Source of the DNA: an uncultured delta proteobacterium
GTDB lineage: Bacteria; Myxococcota_A; Polyangia; Polyangiales; Polyangiaceae
Length of the DNA stretch: 64,000 nt
Reading direction: 5' to 3'
Assembly: GCA_963850305.1 (NCBI GenBank)
Contig: CAWKKR010000003.1
Coordinates: forward strand, 1 to 64,000
Part shown: one piece after another, positions 8,966 to 18,550 of the stretch
Position numbering within the stretch: the stretch's first letter is position 1
Layout: each line of letters opens with the position of its first letter
Notes under the pieces: generated by a model
What the model was told of the DNA's origin: nothing
What the model saw: the letters and a program-made list of their open reading frames with translations, nothing else
Database searches by the model: none
Position numbers and translations under genes: made by a program

Positions 8966-9004
8966 CCGCGAGACGTCCAGGCCGCCGATCGTGATGTGCT
9001 TCAT
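8963..9004 (-). pseudogene. First 14 codons of an aldo/keto reductase (MKHITIGGLDVSRL), cut at the tRNA-Asn 3' end
   Basis: Typical AKR N-terminus divergent from a LysR gene; the expected GLG continuation is missing. Confidence 0.6.
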
Positions 9005-9112
9005 GACAATCAGGATGCGCCTGTTGGCCACCCCGGGGTAGACGCCCCAGACACGACAGGCTGTTGAGCAGGATTTGACAATGGGACCGGTTCGGCGGCT
9101 TGATCTTGCCCG

Positions 9113-10021
9113 ATGAACACCGCGCCCTTCCCCCAGCTCCAGGCATTCCTCACCGTGGCGCGCCACCGGAGCTTCAGCGGGGCAGCGCGCGAGCTGGGCG
9201 TCACGAGGTCGGCCGTCAGCCACACCGTGCGGCAGCTCGAAGAGCAGCTGCGCGTGGTCCTGCTCGCGCGCACGACCCGCAGCGTATCGTTGACCGACGC
9301 CGGAAGACGCCTCGTGGACAGCGCAGGGCCGTCGATCGGGCAAGTGGTCGCCGCGCTCGCGGAGGTCGCCGCGCAGCCGGGAGAGACGGTGGGTCGGCTG
9401 CGGCTGACGGTGCCGCCGATGGCGGTGCCCTTCGCGATCGAGCCGGTGCTGCCAACGTTCCGCGCGCGTCACCCGCGGATCGAAGTCGAGGTCGTCGTCG
9501 AGCAGCGCTTCGTGGACATCGTGGCGGAGGGCTACGACGCAGGCGTGCGGCTCAGCGAAGCGATCGAACGGGACATGGTGCAAGTGCGGCTCACCGATCC
9601 CTTTCGGTTCGTCGTCGTGGGCTCGCCCGGCTACCTCGCACGGAACGGTACGCCGGAGCGCCCCGAGGATCTCCTCCACCACGAGTGCATCACGTTTCGT
9701 TCGCAGACAACGGGAGCGCTCTACGCCTGGGAGTTCGAGCGAGGGCGCAGGAATTGGCGCGTGCCGGTTCGCGGCGGTGTCGTCAGCAGCGACGGGCGGC
9801 TCACCATCTCGCTGGCGGAGCAGGGCGCGGGCCTCATTTACACCTTCGAACCCATGGTCCTGGAGCAGCTGCGCAAGGGACGGCTACAGCGCGTGCTCGA
9901 GCGCTACGCGCCCACGGTTCCCGGCTTCTTTCTCTACTTCCCGAGCGTCGCCCGGCGGTCGGCGCCGCTACGCCTCTTCGTCGAAGCCGCCAAGGAGCTG
10001 GCGGTACGCGCCGTGAAGTGA
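9113..10021 (+). CDS. LysR-family regulator (CrgA-like)
   Basis: FLTVARHRSFSGAARELGVTRSAVSHTVRQLE...LLARTTRSVSLTDAG. Confidence 0.95.
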   Translation: MNTAPFPQLQAFLTVARHRSFSGAARELGVTRSAVSHTVRQLEEQLRVVLLARTTRSVSLTDAGRRLVDSAGPSIGQVVAALAEVAAQPGETVGRLRLTVPPMAVPFAIEPVLPTFRARHPRIEVEVVVEQRFVDIVAEGYDAGVRLSEAIERDMVQVRLTDPFRFVVVGSPGYLARNGTPERPEDLLHHECITFRSQTTGALYAWEFERGRRNWRVPVRGGVVSSDGRLTISLAEQGAGLIYTFEPMVLEQLRKGRLQRVLERYAPTVPGFFLYFPSVARRSAPLRLFVEAAKELAVRAVK

Positions 10022-10194
10022 GCCCGCTCGTCGCCCGGACCCGAAATGCGACTGACCACGGGCCCGATCCGCAGGTTCGCCTCCGTGAGCCCCGCGAGTT
10101 AGATTGAACGTGCGCGTGTCCTTCTCGTCCTCGATGCCGTGCGGCGCGAACGGATGACCTGGCGCGCAGCCGCGGCTGCCCTGGACGTAGCGCC

Positions 10195-10285
10195 GCTCGC
10201 GTATCATCCCTCCGACGAAGACGACTTCGCCGAGGATGTCGCCGAGGCTGCGGGCGACGGTCCAGAGTTCAGCGGGAGCCTTCAC
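10195..10285 (-). pseudogene. N-terminal stub of a nucleotidyltransferase-like toxin (VVFVGG)
   Basis: VARSLGDILGEVVFVGGM, coupled to the upstream gene, then loses similarity. Confidence 0.5.
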
Positions 10286-10785
10286 CCGCGGAGCCTTCGC
10301 TCGATCTCTTGGGCGGCGAGCTTGCGTTCACGCGCACGTCCAGCGCGGACCGCATCGACGAGCGCAAGCCACTCGTAGAGGTGATGATCGCGGAGCGCTG
10401 CGCGAGGTGCGGACCTGTAGAGCGGAGCGAGACCCTCGCCTCGCACCGTCCCCTCGGGATCGGGCCACACCGGCGGCATGTCGCCTTCGGCGAACTGCGC
10501 CTTCAGCGGCGGCGCCGCGTAGGAAGTCGGAACTCCGCGGGTGACGCCGCTCCACTCGGCGGGAAACACGTAGCGGAGCCCGTGGACGAGGAACTCCCGA
10601 AGCGCCTCCTTTCGGACCGATCTGCTCGCACCATCCACGAGGCCGCTCTGCACCGCGCGCTTAACGGCGGCATGGGCTTCGGATGCGCTGATTCCCAGGT
10701 CCTGGGCGAGCTTCGGGAACGCCCGATCCTCCGGGGCAGCATCCAGCAGTCGGAGGGAGACCAGGATGTCTTGTGGCTTCAACAC
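10282..10785 (-). CDS. Conserved wHTH protein (LKPQD... family), probable AbiEi-like antitoxin
   Basis: LKPQDILV...LGISASEAHAAVKR...EFLVHGLRYVFP...GVPT...LALVDAVRAGRARER; upstream palindrome ATTCGCGA-A-TCGCGAAT at 10797-10813. Confidence 0.7.
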   Translation of the reverse strand: MLKPQDILVSLRLLDAAPEDRAFPKLAQDLGISASEAHAAVKRAVQSGLVDGASRSVRKEALREFLVHGLRYVFPAEWSGVTRGVPTSYAAPPLKAQFAEGDMPPVWPDPEGTVRGEGLAPLYRSAPRAALRDHHLYEWLALVDAVRAGRARERKLAAQEIERRLRG

Positions 10786-10894
10786 CCATTTTTGATATTC
10801 GCGAATCGCGAATCGCACAAGAGCGTCACTAACAGGCAATGGCCCGTCATCCCATCAAACTTGACTTCTAAGTTAAGCTTGCCATATTTGTCTT

Positions 10895-11449
10895 GTGCTC
10901 CCCCTCCCCGCGTTCGATGCCGATGGCATGCTCCCGCCCGGCGACTACGAGCTGACGCTCGATGAGCTTCGAGCGTGTTCGCTCGTAACGGGAAGTAGCG
11001 TCGCATCGTCGACGTGGGATCAGCAGTGGCGCTCGCTGCTCGTGGAGAACCTTGCCGTGCTGGTCGGGCAGTTACGCCAGGTCGGCGTGAGTGAGATCTT
11101 TGCGGACGGCTCTTTCGTCGAGGACAAGGACCACCCGAACGACATCGACGGCTACTTCGTCTGCGAGCTGCGCCGGCTGGCGAGCGGCGAATTGCAGCGC
11201 GATCTCAACCTGCTGGATCCGCACAAGGTCCGGACCTGGGATCCGCGTGAGCGAACGCCGTTCCGTGGGTACCCCAAGAAGCAGCTTCCGATGTGGCACC
11301 AGTACCGCGTCGAGCTTTACCCGCACTACGGCCAGCCGTCGGGCATTCGGGACAGATTTGGGAACGAGCTTGAATTCCCCTCGGCATTCCGGATGTCACG
11401 TCGAGATGGGAAGCCTAGAGGCATCGTGAAGATTGGAGGAACGCCATGA
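10895..11449 (+). CDS. DUF6932-like polymerase-beta nucleotidyltransferase
   Basis: G.LPPG.Y N-terminus; DGSFVEDKDHPNDID (GS...DxD); KPRGIV C-terminus. Confidence 0.75.
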   Translation: MLPLPAFDADGMLPPGDYELTLDELRACSLVTGSSVASSTWDQQWRSLLVENLAVLVGQLRQVGVSEIFADGSFVEDKDHPNDIDGYFVCELRRLASGELQRDLNLLDPHKVRTWDPRERTPFRGYPKKQLPMWHQYRVELYPHYGQPSGIRDRFGNELEFPSAFRMSRRDGKPRGIVKIGGTP

Positions 11450-11880
11450 TCCGCAATGAAACCGAGTACCAGGAGGCGGTGAAGCGACTGAAGGAGGAGA
11501 GCACGCGCTACGAAGCGCACGAAGGCGAGCTCAAGCGGATGGGGCTCAAGCTCGACGAGATCAAGCGCGCCATGGACCCGCTTCGCTCGTTCAACCTTCA
11601 GCTCGAGGAAGAGGTCGAAGCCTACGAACGCCTCAAGCGCGGCGACCTCGGCGAAATCGACAATCTCCACGGCCTTGGTCGGACGCTGGTCGCCCTTCGC
11701 ATCGCTCTCGGCATGACGCAGCGACAGCTCGCCGAGCGCCTGAGCGTCAACGAGTCGCAGGTCTCACGCGACGAGCGCAACGAGTACCACGGCGTCACCG
11801 TGGACCGTGCGAGCCGGATCCTCGACGCGCTCGGGGTGACGCTCAGAAGCGCGTTTCAGTCGCCGATACGGGCGGGCTGA
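11446..11880 (+). CDS. XRE/HigA-like HTH protein
   Basis: MIRNETEY N-terminus; RIALGMTQRQLAERLSVNESQVSRDE HTH; ATGA overlap with upstream gene. Confidence 0.85.
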   Translation: MIRNETEYQEAVKRLKEESTRYEAHEGELKRMGLKLDEIKRAMDPLRSFNLQLEEEVEAYERLKRGDLGEIDNLHGLGRTLVALRIALGMTQRQLAERLSVNESQVSRDERNEYHGVTVDRASRILDALGVTLRSAFQSPIRAG

Positions 11881-11888
11881 GGAACGTG

Positions 11889-11922
11889 GCCGTCTGCGGT
11901 GCTCGGCTCGACCGCAGACGGC
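11889..11922 (+). terminator. GC hairpin after the XRE gene
   Basis: GCCGTCTGCGGT-N10-ACCGCAGACGGC. Confidence 0.5.
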
Positions 11923-12085
11923 GCCTGCACAATTGGGGGCCTGCATGTGCCTCCGGAAAAGTGCAGACGCCGCCTGCACCTTGCTGTGCGCCGCTGGGGC
12001 TGCCGGAACGTGGGGCCCCGGGGAAATTGGCGCTACTATATGCAATCTCTGGCGAAAATGGCCTCTCTGCCGGTGTTTCGACGGG

Positions 12086-12121
12086 TTGCATAAACATCAA
12101 TACGTTAGTATATTGCTAACG
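12086..12121 (+). promoter_or_regulatory. Sigma70 promoter TTGCAT-17-TATATT with inverted repeat over the -10 (AbiEi operator candidate)
   Basis: CGTTAGTA-TAT-TGCTAACG at 12103-12121; ATG at 12129. Confidence 0.7.
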
Positions 12122-12128
12122 AATCAGC

Positions 12129-12996
12129 ATGTCCGCAACCAACCGAACCCTGTCGAAGAACGAGGCCAAGATCGTTCTCGATCTCGAGTGGCGGGCCCAG
12201 AAGGCCGTCACGGCGGCGGAGATGCGTTCGATCCTCGGCGCCTCGGATGGGTACGCCCGCTTCGTGGCCCACCGTCTCGTGCAAGAAGGGGTGGCTCCAG
12301 CGCGTCCGCCCGGGACTGTTCCAGCTCGTACCCGGCCGAGCGAGGGCCCGAGGGCGTGAGCGACACGAACCCGCTGGCGATCGGACCGCTGCTCGTCGAT
12401 CCGTACTTCTTCTCCTTCGGCACCGCCTGCACGCACTACGGCTTCACCGAACAGGCGTTCGCCGAGGTGTACGTCGTCGTGCCGGACGCGCCAAGAGACC
12501 CGTGACGGTCAGGGGTACCCGGTACGTCTTCGCATCCGTTCCTGAGCGACGCTTCTTCGGCTTCGAGGAAGTCGAAGTGCTGGGCTCGAAGGTCCACATG
12601 GCAACGAGGGAGAGAGCCGTGCTCGACGCACTCGATCGCCCCCGCTATGCGGGCGGCATCCGCGAGGTCTCTCTAGTCGTCGGGAAGGCCGCGAGTCGTC
12701 TGTCCTGGGAGAACCTTCTCGGTCTTGCGAAGCGCTGGGACGAGTCGGCTGGTATCCAGCGGCTCGGCTACTTCCTGGACCTGCATCACGTCGAGCTACC
12801 AGCGAAGGTCCGTGACCGCCTCCGAGCGCTCATCGCGCCGGGGAGCAAGGTCCATCTCGGTTCCCGAACCGAGTGGGGAACCAGCGGCCATCTCGTTCAG
12901 CCGTGGGACATCATCGAGAATGTCCCGCGCGAGCAGTTGCTGGAAAAGGACCGCGACCGTCGCCGCAAGCGAGCCTTCCCGAAGAGGCCGAAGTGA
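12129..12996 (+). CDS. abiEi: Type IV TA antitoxin AbiEi-like (several frameshifts)
   Basis: L..KGWLQRVRPGLFQL, YFSFGTA..HYGFTEQ, FFGFEE...ATRERAVLDALDRPRYAGGI. Confidence 0.8.
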
Positions 12997-13878
12997 TCCC
13001 GAAGAAGATGGTGGATCGCTACGCCCACCAGAGCGGGGTCAAGGACCAACTCGTTGCGGAACGAGAGGTGGTGCTCACCTACGCCCTTCACGCCATGCGC
13101 GAAGCGAGTGTCCTCGATCTCCTCGCTTTCAAGGGAGGGACCTGCCTGCGGAAAATCATCTTCGGATCGACGGGACGCTTCTCCGAGGATCTGGACTTCA
13201 CGCTGCGCGGTGATGATGAACAGGCCGCTCTGACCGCGATCTACGAGGTGTTCAACACGAACCATCACGGCGTCGTGTTCGAGTTGGACGCCTGGTACGA
13301 GACCGACGATGGCTTCGGCATGGAAGTTCGGTACGGACACGAGTGGAACAGCGCGGGAAAGTACCGCTTGCAGGTAAGCACGCGGGAGAAGCCCACGCTG
13401 GACGTCACCAACTACTCGATGGTCGAGCAGGTCTACTTCAAGGACCTCGAGTTCGGCCTCTTCGATGTCCCCTGCCTGAATACCATCGAGGTGGCGTCCG
13501 AGAAGATCCGCGCCGCCTTCCAACGCGCCAAGGTTCGCGATTTCTACGACCTGCACCTTCTGACCCGGCAGAAATTGGACGGTGATCTCCTTCGCGCACT
13601 CGTCGTGCTGAAGCTCTGGCAAGTGCGTGATGCGTTCGACGGCTCGACGTTCTTCTGCGAAACTGAAGAGCAGCGACTACGATTGGGCGGACCTGAAACG
13701 CCTCCTCCGTCCGAACGATCGCGTCGAGCCCGCGACGATCATCGAGGGGATCGAGTTCCATTTCAAAGCCTTGCACGACCTCACCGATCTCGAACGAGAC
13801 GTCGTAGCCGATGCCAAGAAGGGCGCGCGGAACGATCCACTCGCGGAGCGTCTCCGCGAGTGGATTCGGAGTCGCTAA
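12993..13878 (+). CDS. abiEii: Type IV TA toxin AbiEii nucleotidyltransferase (frameshift near 13655)
   Basis: LAFKGGTCLRK...RFSEDLDF...SEKIRA...RDFYDL. Confidence 0.9.
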
Positions 13879-13965
13879 AGGGAGCGCGCGTTTTCGGTTC
13901 CGCAGTCCGGACAGTTCATCTGACCCCGAACCGCGAACTCGGCCACCACACGAACTCGAGGGTGC

Positions 13966-14021
13966 CCGTTTCACCGGGGCCAGCGTGGAATGCGGTCGAG
14001 AGAAATGTAGATGCCAGCGAA
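13966..14021 (+). repeat. About 55-bp repeat, second copy at 34989-35043 (-)
   Basis: CCGTTTCACCGGGGCCAGCGTGGAATGCGGTCGAGAGAAATGTAGATGCCAGCGAA versus CCGTTTCCCCGGGGCAGCATGGAATGCGATCGAGAGGAATGTTGATGCCGGCGAA. Confidence 0.8.
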
Positions 14022-14389
14022 TGTTGCCCGCCGCCGAATTCTCCGATCGCGCGTTTCCGTTTTGCGTTCCGCAAGTTCGAGCGGAACCACGGGGCTGCTG
14101 CGCACTTAACCAGGGTCAAAATGAGAAGTCGCGACACGCCGTGTCAGAACTTTTGAGGCCTAAACCAAATGCTTTCAGAAGCTTAGGAGATACAGCCAAA
14201 CTGTAGTGAAAGGCCGCGTCTGCTTTCAGAGTCCGGCCATTCGCGCTGCAAGGAAGGAGTGAACAAGCGTTCCCTCGCTCAGCGCCTCGTGCGGAGCCGG
14301 GCTCTCACTGCCGCACCTCTGGACGGGCGCCCGCCGCGATCGCTCCACTCGGCGGCGTCGTCGAACACCTTGGCGCTCTAACCGCGCCG

Positions 14390-14600
14390 CCAGGCGAAAC
14401 GGCGGCACTGGCCAGCTGCGGACGACCACGCCTTCCCCGAGCTGGGTCGCGGGTCCATCCATCGGCAGTTCGTCGAGTCGCAGTAGGGCTTCATCGACGC
14501 GGCTCGAAAGCCTCTCCGCAGCGACCGGATTGCGCTCGCGCAAGTAGGTAAGCGCCGAGAGGAAGTCGTCGGCCCCTTCCGATGACCAGACGACGGCCAC
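14390..14600 (-). pseudogene. ParE/RelE toxin, C-terminally truncated
   Basis: VVWSSEGADDF...YLRERNPVAAERL...L..LP..G...VRSWPVPPFRL, then unrelated sequence. Confidence 0.7.
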
Positions 14601-14818
14601 TAGCCGCCGAGAATCTTCCGGGCGCGACCCATGACCTCGTCGTGGGTCACAACGCGCGTCTCGGCTGACTTCAGCGCTGCAATCAGTCCAGCTTCCTCTT
14701 CATCCGAAAGCGCGATGGCCTCATCGACGGGAGCGAGGATGTAACGCCCGGCGGGAAGCTCCCGCAGCTCCTCGGGAAGGTCCTGCCCGTTCCACTCGAC
14801 CACTACCGCATTGGCCAC
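14600..14818 (-). CDS. Small acidic antitoxin
   Basis: 72 aa, LSDEEEAGLIAAL...VVTHDEV; overlaps the toxin start. Confidence 0.65.
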   Translation of the reverse strand: MANAVVVEWNGQDLPEELRELPAGRYILAPVDEAIALSDEEEAGLIAALKSAETRVVTHDEVMGRARKILGG

Positions 14819-14834
14819 GAGCGAGAGCCTAGCA

Positions 14835-15306
14835 TGCGCATCCTCTCCATGAGAGCGGCCGCCGCGTGGCGACCCGGTCGCGCTGTACGTTGAGCTCCCC
14901 GATGTCCGGCTTTTCGACCAATAACGGTGCCGGCGGCGGCGCTGCTGCTGTCCGGGCTGCCTCGACGGGATGTGACGCCCCATTCCCTTCATCAGCCCAG
15001 ACGACTGCGCCCACTACGGTGAATTCGGTGACGAGCACGTGGGTCGTGACGTATCCGTCGATTCGCTCCGCAATCGCGGCGCCGCGCGCGGCGAACGACG
15101 CCGAACGCTGGGGAGCGGCGGAGTTGGCGGCGTAAACGAGGACGTTGGTGTCGAAGAGGATCCGCTTGACCGGATCAGAGCGCTTCCTCCCCTCCTGTCG
15201 GTCCGGTCCGACGTGGAGCCTGGCAAAGCGGACTTCACAGCCTAATTGTCCAACAACCCGTTGGACAATTGCCTCCTCGGGCCACACCTCGGCGAAAGCG
15301 CGCACG
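14835..15306 (-). pseudogene. Mosaic of fragments: ParE piece (LVEKPDIG), PIN/VapC N-terminus (ILFDTNVLVYA), DUF1016/YhcG piece (RAFAEVWPEEAIVQRVVGQL)
   Basis: Short recognisable motifs joined without complete genes. Confidence 0.55.
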
Positions 15307-15468
15307 GTCCAGCCACCGAGCACGGGGGACGCCGGCCCAGAGTCCCTCCGGGTCCCCCCGGCGACAGTTCGGGACGAGAGCAGGCGGCGACCGGTCGGAT
15401 TTTCGCCTGCGCCCGCGGGCGTCCGAGGACACGAGCGAGCGCCCACGAGCGGTGGTACCATCAGCGCG

Positions 15469-15699
15469 ATGAACGCGCTGAAGGCCCACGTCGAGAACGG
15501 CCGCATCATCGTCGATGAGCCGACGGATCTGCCCGACGGAACGCTGCTTCGCGTCGTGCCCGTCCAGGACGACCCAGCGCTGGACGCGGAGGAGCGGGAG
15601 AGAATTCTCCGCGCCATCGATGAAGGCCAGGCCGCTGCCAGACGGGGCGAGCACGTGGACGCCGAAGAGTTCGTGTCCGAGCTCCTCGCTCAGCCGTGA
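15469..15699 (+). CDS. Antitoxin (AF2212/DUF104-like N-terminus)
   Basis: MNALKAHVENGRIIVDEPTDLPDG...RAIDEGQAAARRGEHVDAEEF. Confidence 0.7.
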   Translation: MNALKAHVENGRIIVDEPTDLPDGTLLRVVPVQDDPALDAEERERILRAIDEGQAAARRGEHVDAEEFVSELLAQP

Positions 15700-16004
15700 A
15701 GGTTCGGCTCGCCAAGCCCGCGCAGCGGCAGGCGCGGAAGATGGACGCCTGGTGGCGCGCGCATCGACCAGAAGCGCGAAATCTCTTCGCGGAAGAGCTG
15801 CGTGATGCCCAACGACGGCTCGTGGAGAAGCCGGACCTCGGGCAGGTCCACGTCGACCGCGGCGGGGTCCCCGTGCGCCGGCTGCTCATGGAGCGAACTC
15901 GCAACCACGTCTACTACGAGGTACACGAGAGCGACCGAGTCATCATGATCGTCGCGCTCTGGGGGGCCGTGAAAGGTAGCGGGCCGGATCTCGGTGATGG
16001 CTGA
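15696..16004 (+). CDS. ParE/RelE-family toxin
   Basis: MKVRLAKPAQRQ...WWRAHRP...LFAEEL...VRRLL...HVYY...IVALW; GTGA overlap. Confidence 0.8.
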   Translation: MKVRLAKPAQRQARKMDAWWRAHRPEARNLFAEELRDAQRRLVEKPDLGQVHVDRGGVPVRRLLMERTRNHVYYEVHESDRVIMIVALWGAVKGSGPDLGDG

Positions 16005-16131
16005 TTTCGCGATGCGCTTCGTCGCCCTGAGTCGGTGAAGAAGCGCTGGCGATCGCGCCCCGTGTGCGCGCTCGCGCTGCAGGCACGAGCGCGGATAGGC
16101 GGGGCGAGCCAACACGCGCGTGGTCGCGGGC

Positions 16132-16309
16132 TCGAACCAATTTCAGGTTCGATCTTCAGGTTCGATCGCACCCCCCGGATTTCCCGAGGGGAAATCGAAT
16201 CGAAGGGGACTCCACTTTCGGAGTCCCCTTCGGAGTCCCCCGCTTCAATTTCCGACAAACGAACTCCGCCGAGGGGGACTCCACGTTTGGAGTCCCCCAA
16301 AAAGTCCCC
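16132..16309. repeat. Stacked palindrome-plus-half-site motifs (candidate integrase arm sites)
   Basis: TCGAACC / (TTCAGGTTCGATC)x2; two GGGGACTCC..GGAGTCCCC..AGTCCCC units. Confidence 0.65.
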
Positions 16310-16395
16310 TTTGTTCCGTAACGGCCAGGATCGTCCTGCTACGCCTATCGAATGATTCTCGATATTTATAACGGGCCGAAACGGTCCTTTTCATT

Positions 16396-16437
16396 TTCAC
16401 ACGGTCGAAGTCGCAGGTTCGATCCCTGCTGCGCCCA
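16396..16437 (+). other. 3' half of tRNA-Val(CAC): attachment-site core
   Basis: TTCACAC GGTCG AAGTC GCAGG-TTCGATC-CCTGC TGCGCCC A, with no 5' half upstream. Confidence 0.8.
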
Positions 16438-16500
16438 CGAAATTCTCGATGTTTTTGCCACTTGAATAGCCCCTAGGGGCTTTTGAGGGGCTAATGAAAT

Positions 16501-18141
16501 GGGTGCAGATCCCATTTTGCGTCACGCGGCCTCGCGTGATTGCTGAGGTTTCGCGTCGTGCGTTCGTGCAGGGATTGGCGTCGCTGCAAGCTTGAGCGTG
16601 CGGCGTTCCAGGAGGCGACAGAAGTCACCCCACTGCTCGTTGAGGACGATGCAGCGGAGGTGGAGGATCATCTCGGCGCGGTCGCGTCCCCATCGCATGC
16701 CGGGTCCATCGAGGCGGAGGCCGACGAGGTTGCGCACGGCGCCCTCGACCGCACCGGTGCCGATGTCGAGGTCGTCGCGACGCAGCGCCGCGTACGGCAT
16801 CCGTTGCTCGTGCGCCGTGAGGTACTCGAGGATGACGAGCAGTCGCTTGCGACGGCCCTTGTTCCCGGGGCCGGTCTTCGAGATCGCGTTGTGCGCCGTG
16901 GCCATGTCTTCGAGCACGTCGGCGACCTTGCCACGTCGCAGCTTGCCCAGCTGCTCGGTGACCCACTGCCGAAGTGGCGCGCTGCCCTCCGGATGGAGAC
17001 AACCTCCAGCCTCCCAGAGCTTTTCTGGCGACGTGGTACCAGTCGATGCACGCCACAGCCTTCGGGAAATAGATCTGCTGGTTTCTCCAGATGTGATCGG
17101 AGCCGTCGGCGAGAAAGAAGCAGCGCTTGCGACCGTAACCGCGACGCTCGGCGTGTACGGCGAGCCAGCGAAAGAGCGCCTCGTGGCTTTCGAAGGTCGC
17201 GATGAGGCGCTTGTTGATGGGTCCCTCCCATCCGTGGCGCGTCGCCCGGAGAGTGTAGATCACGCCGACGAAAGCGACTTTGGCGTTCTTGCTCTTGTCA
17301 CCCTTCTTGCGGCGCGGCCTCGGATGTTCGCGTCGACGCAGACGGCGACCGTGTCGTTTCGTTCCCTTCGTCTTCCGTCGCCGCTGACAGCGTCGCGCGT
17401 GCTCCGTCGCGGAGATCATCGGTGCGCCGCGACCGTCGACCTGGATCACGAGGACTTCTCCGTCGTCATCGGGCGCAGCGTCCGCGTCGAGAAAGCCGCG
17501 AGCTTCGGCGCCGACAGCGTCGACCATGCGCAGCGTCGAACGCGAGCTCGGTGCCCACTCGTGAAACTCCGCGAACAGGCGACGCGCCGTCCCGAACGCC
17601 ATCAGCGCGCAGAGCTGTACGACCGCCGTCACCGTCCCGAGGCTGAAGCCAGAGCACACGCCGAGCTCGCGATCGATGGGAAGGTCAGTACGACGACGAC
17701 CGCCGATCGGGCGCCCGACGGCTCGTACGAACGCGACCTTGCCGAACCGCGTGCCGATCTCGCTCCGACGCCGCGTGTCCGTGTCGAGCGCGAAGCGCCC
17801 GCCGTCGTGCTCGTAGGTCAAGGGTCGCGGACGGGCAGCGTATCGCACGAGAAACAGGGCCATAACCGCACGCCCGAGGTAAAGCAGCGCCGTCCAAAGC
17901 TCTCGCTCGACCGCAGCAAGTGTCGTCGTGTCCTTCGATTCCGCGCATCTACGAACGCGCTCGATCGCGCTCCGGACATCTCGTCCGGCGCGCTCGATAG
18001 TCGTCGCCATGGGGCTCCTTCCGGTTGGTGTTCTTGTTTCGCAACCGGATATCTGCCGCGAATGAGCCCCTTCTTTCAACCTACGCGTCGTAACCGATCG
18101 ATCTCGCTTTGTTTTTCGTCAGCAGATCGGGAACTGCACCC
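16501..18141 (-). mobile_element. ISKra4-like insertion sequence
   Basis: TIRs GGGTGCAGATCCC (16501-16513) and GGGAACTGCACCC (18129-18141), 12/13 match; 9-bp TSD TAATGAAAT at 16492-16500 and 18142-18150. Confidence 0.9.
16522..18010 (-). CDS. ISKra4-family DDE transposase (one frameshift near 17030)
   Basis: IQVDG, FLADGS..IW, IDWYH..EKLW, IGTGAVEGAVR..V..RL...GMRW. Confidence 0.85.
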
Positions 18142-18550
18142 TAATGAAATCGGGCCCGGCGAGCAGTCGTTTCGGCAGCTGCGGGAACGCGGTGCCCGTC
18201 ATGTAGCGCGCGAGTCGCAGATACTTCTGCATGGTGCCGAGGCCGCCCCAACCGCCGTCCTCCATCACGTCCGTGATGGTGTCCTCCGGACCGTTGCGTT
18301 TGAAGCGCCAGACAGCACCGGTAGCGCGCAAGTCGTGGAAGACGATCCATCGGCTGGTCTTCGTGCGAACGCGCAGCTCTTCGCGCTCGATGCCGGCGGC
18401 CTCGAGGTGCGCCCGGATCATGTTCGCCAATCCGTATTCGCCAGTCGCGGGAGGCGGATCGGAAAAGACACGCGCGGTGCCCCTGCCCTGACTCTCTCGC
18501 TGCATCGCCTCGAGCAACGGTCGAAGCGCCGGCTCCAGCTTGATGCGGCG
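18142..18550 (-). pseudogene. C-terminal catalytic half of a tyrosine integrase
   Basis: FHDLRATG...GW...TMQKY (H-x-x-R, W/H, Y); tail continues beyond the IS into the tRNA-Val fragment. Confidence 0.8.

Noticed and set aside
10195..16004. Integron cassette array explaining the TA cluster
   Set aside because: No repeated attC-like sites or IntI seen, and gene orientations are mixed
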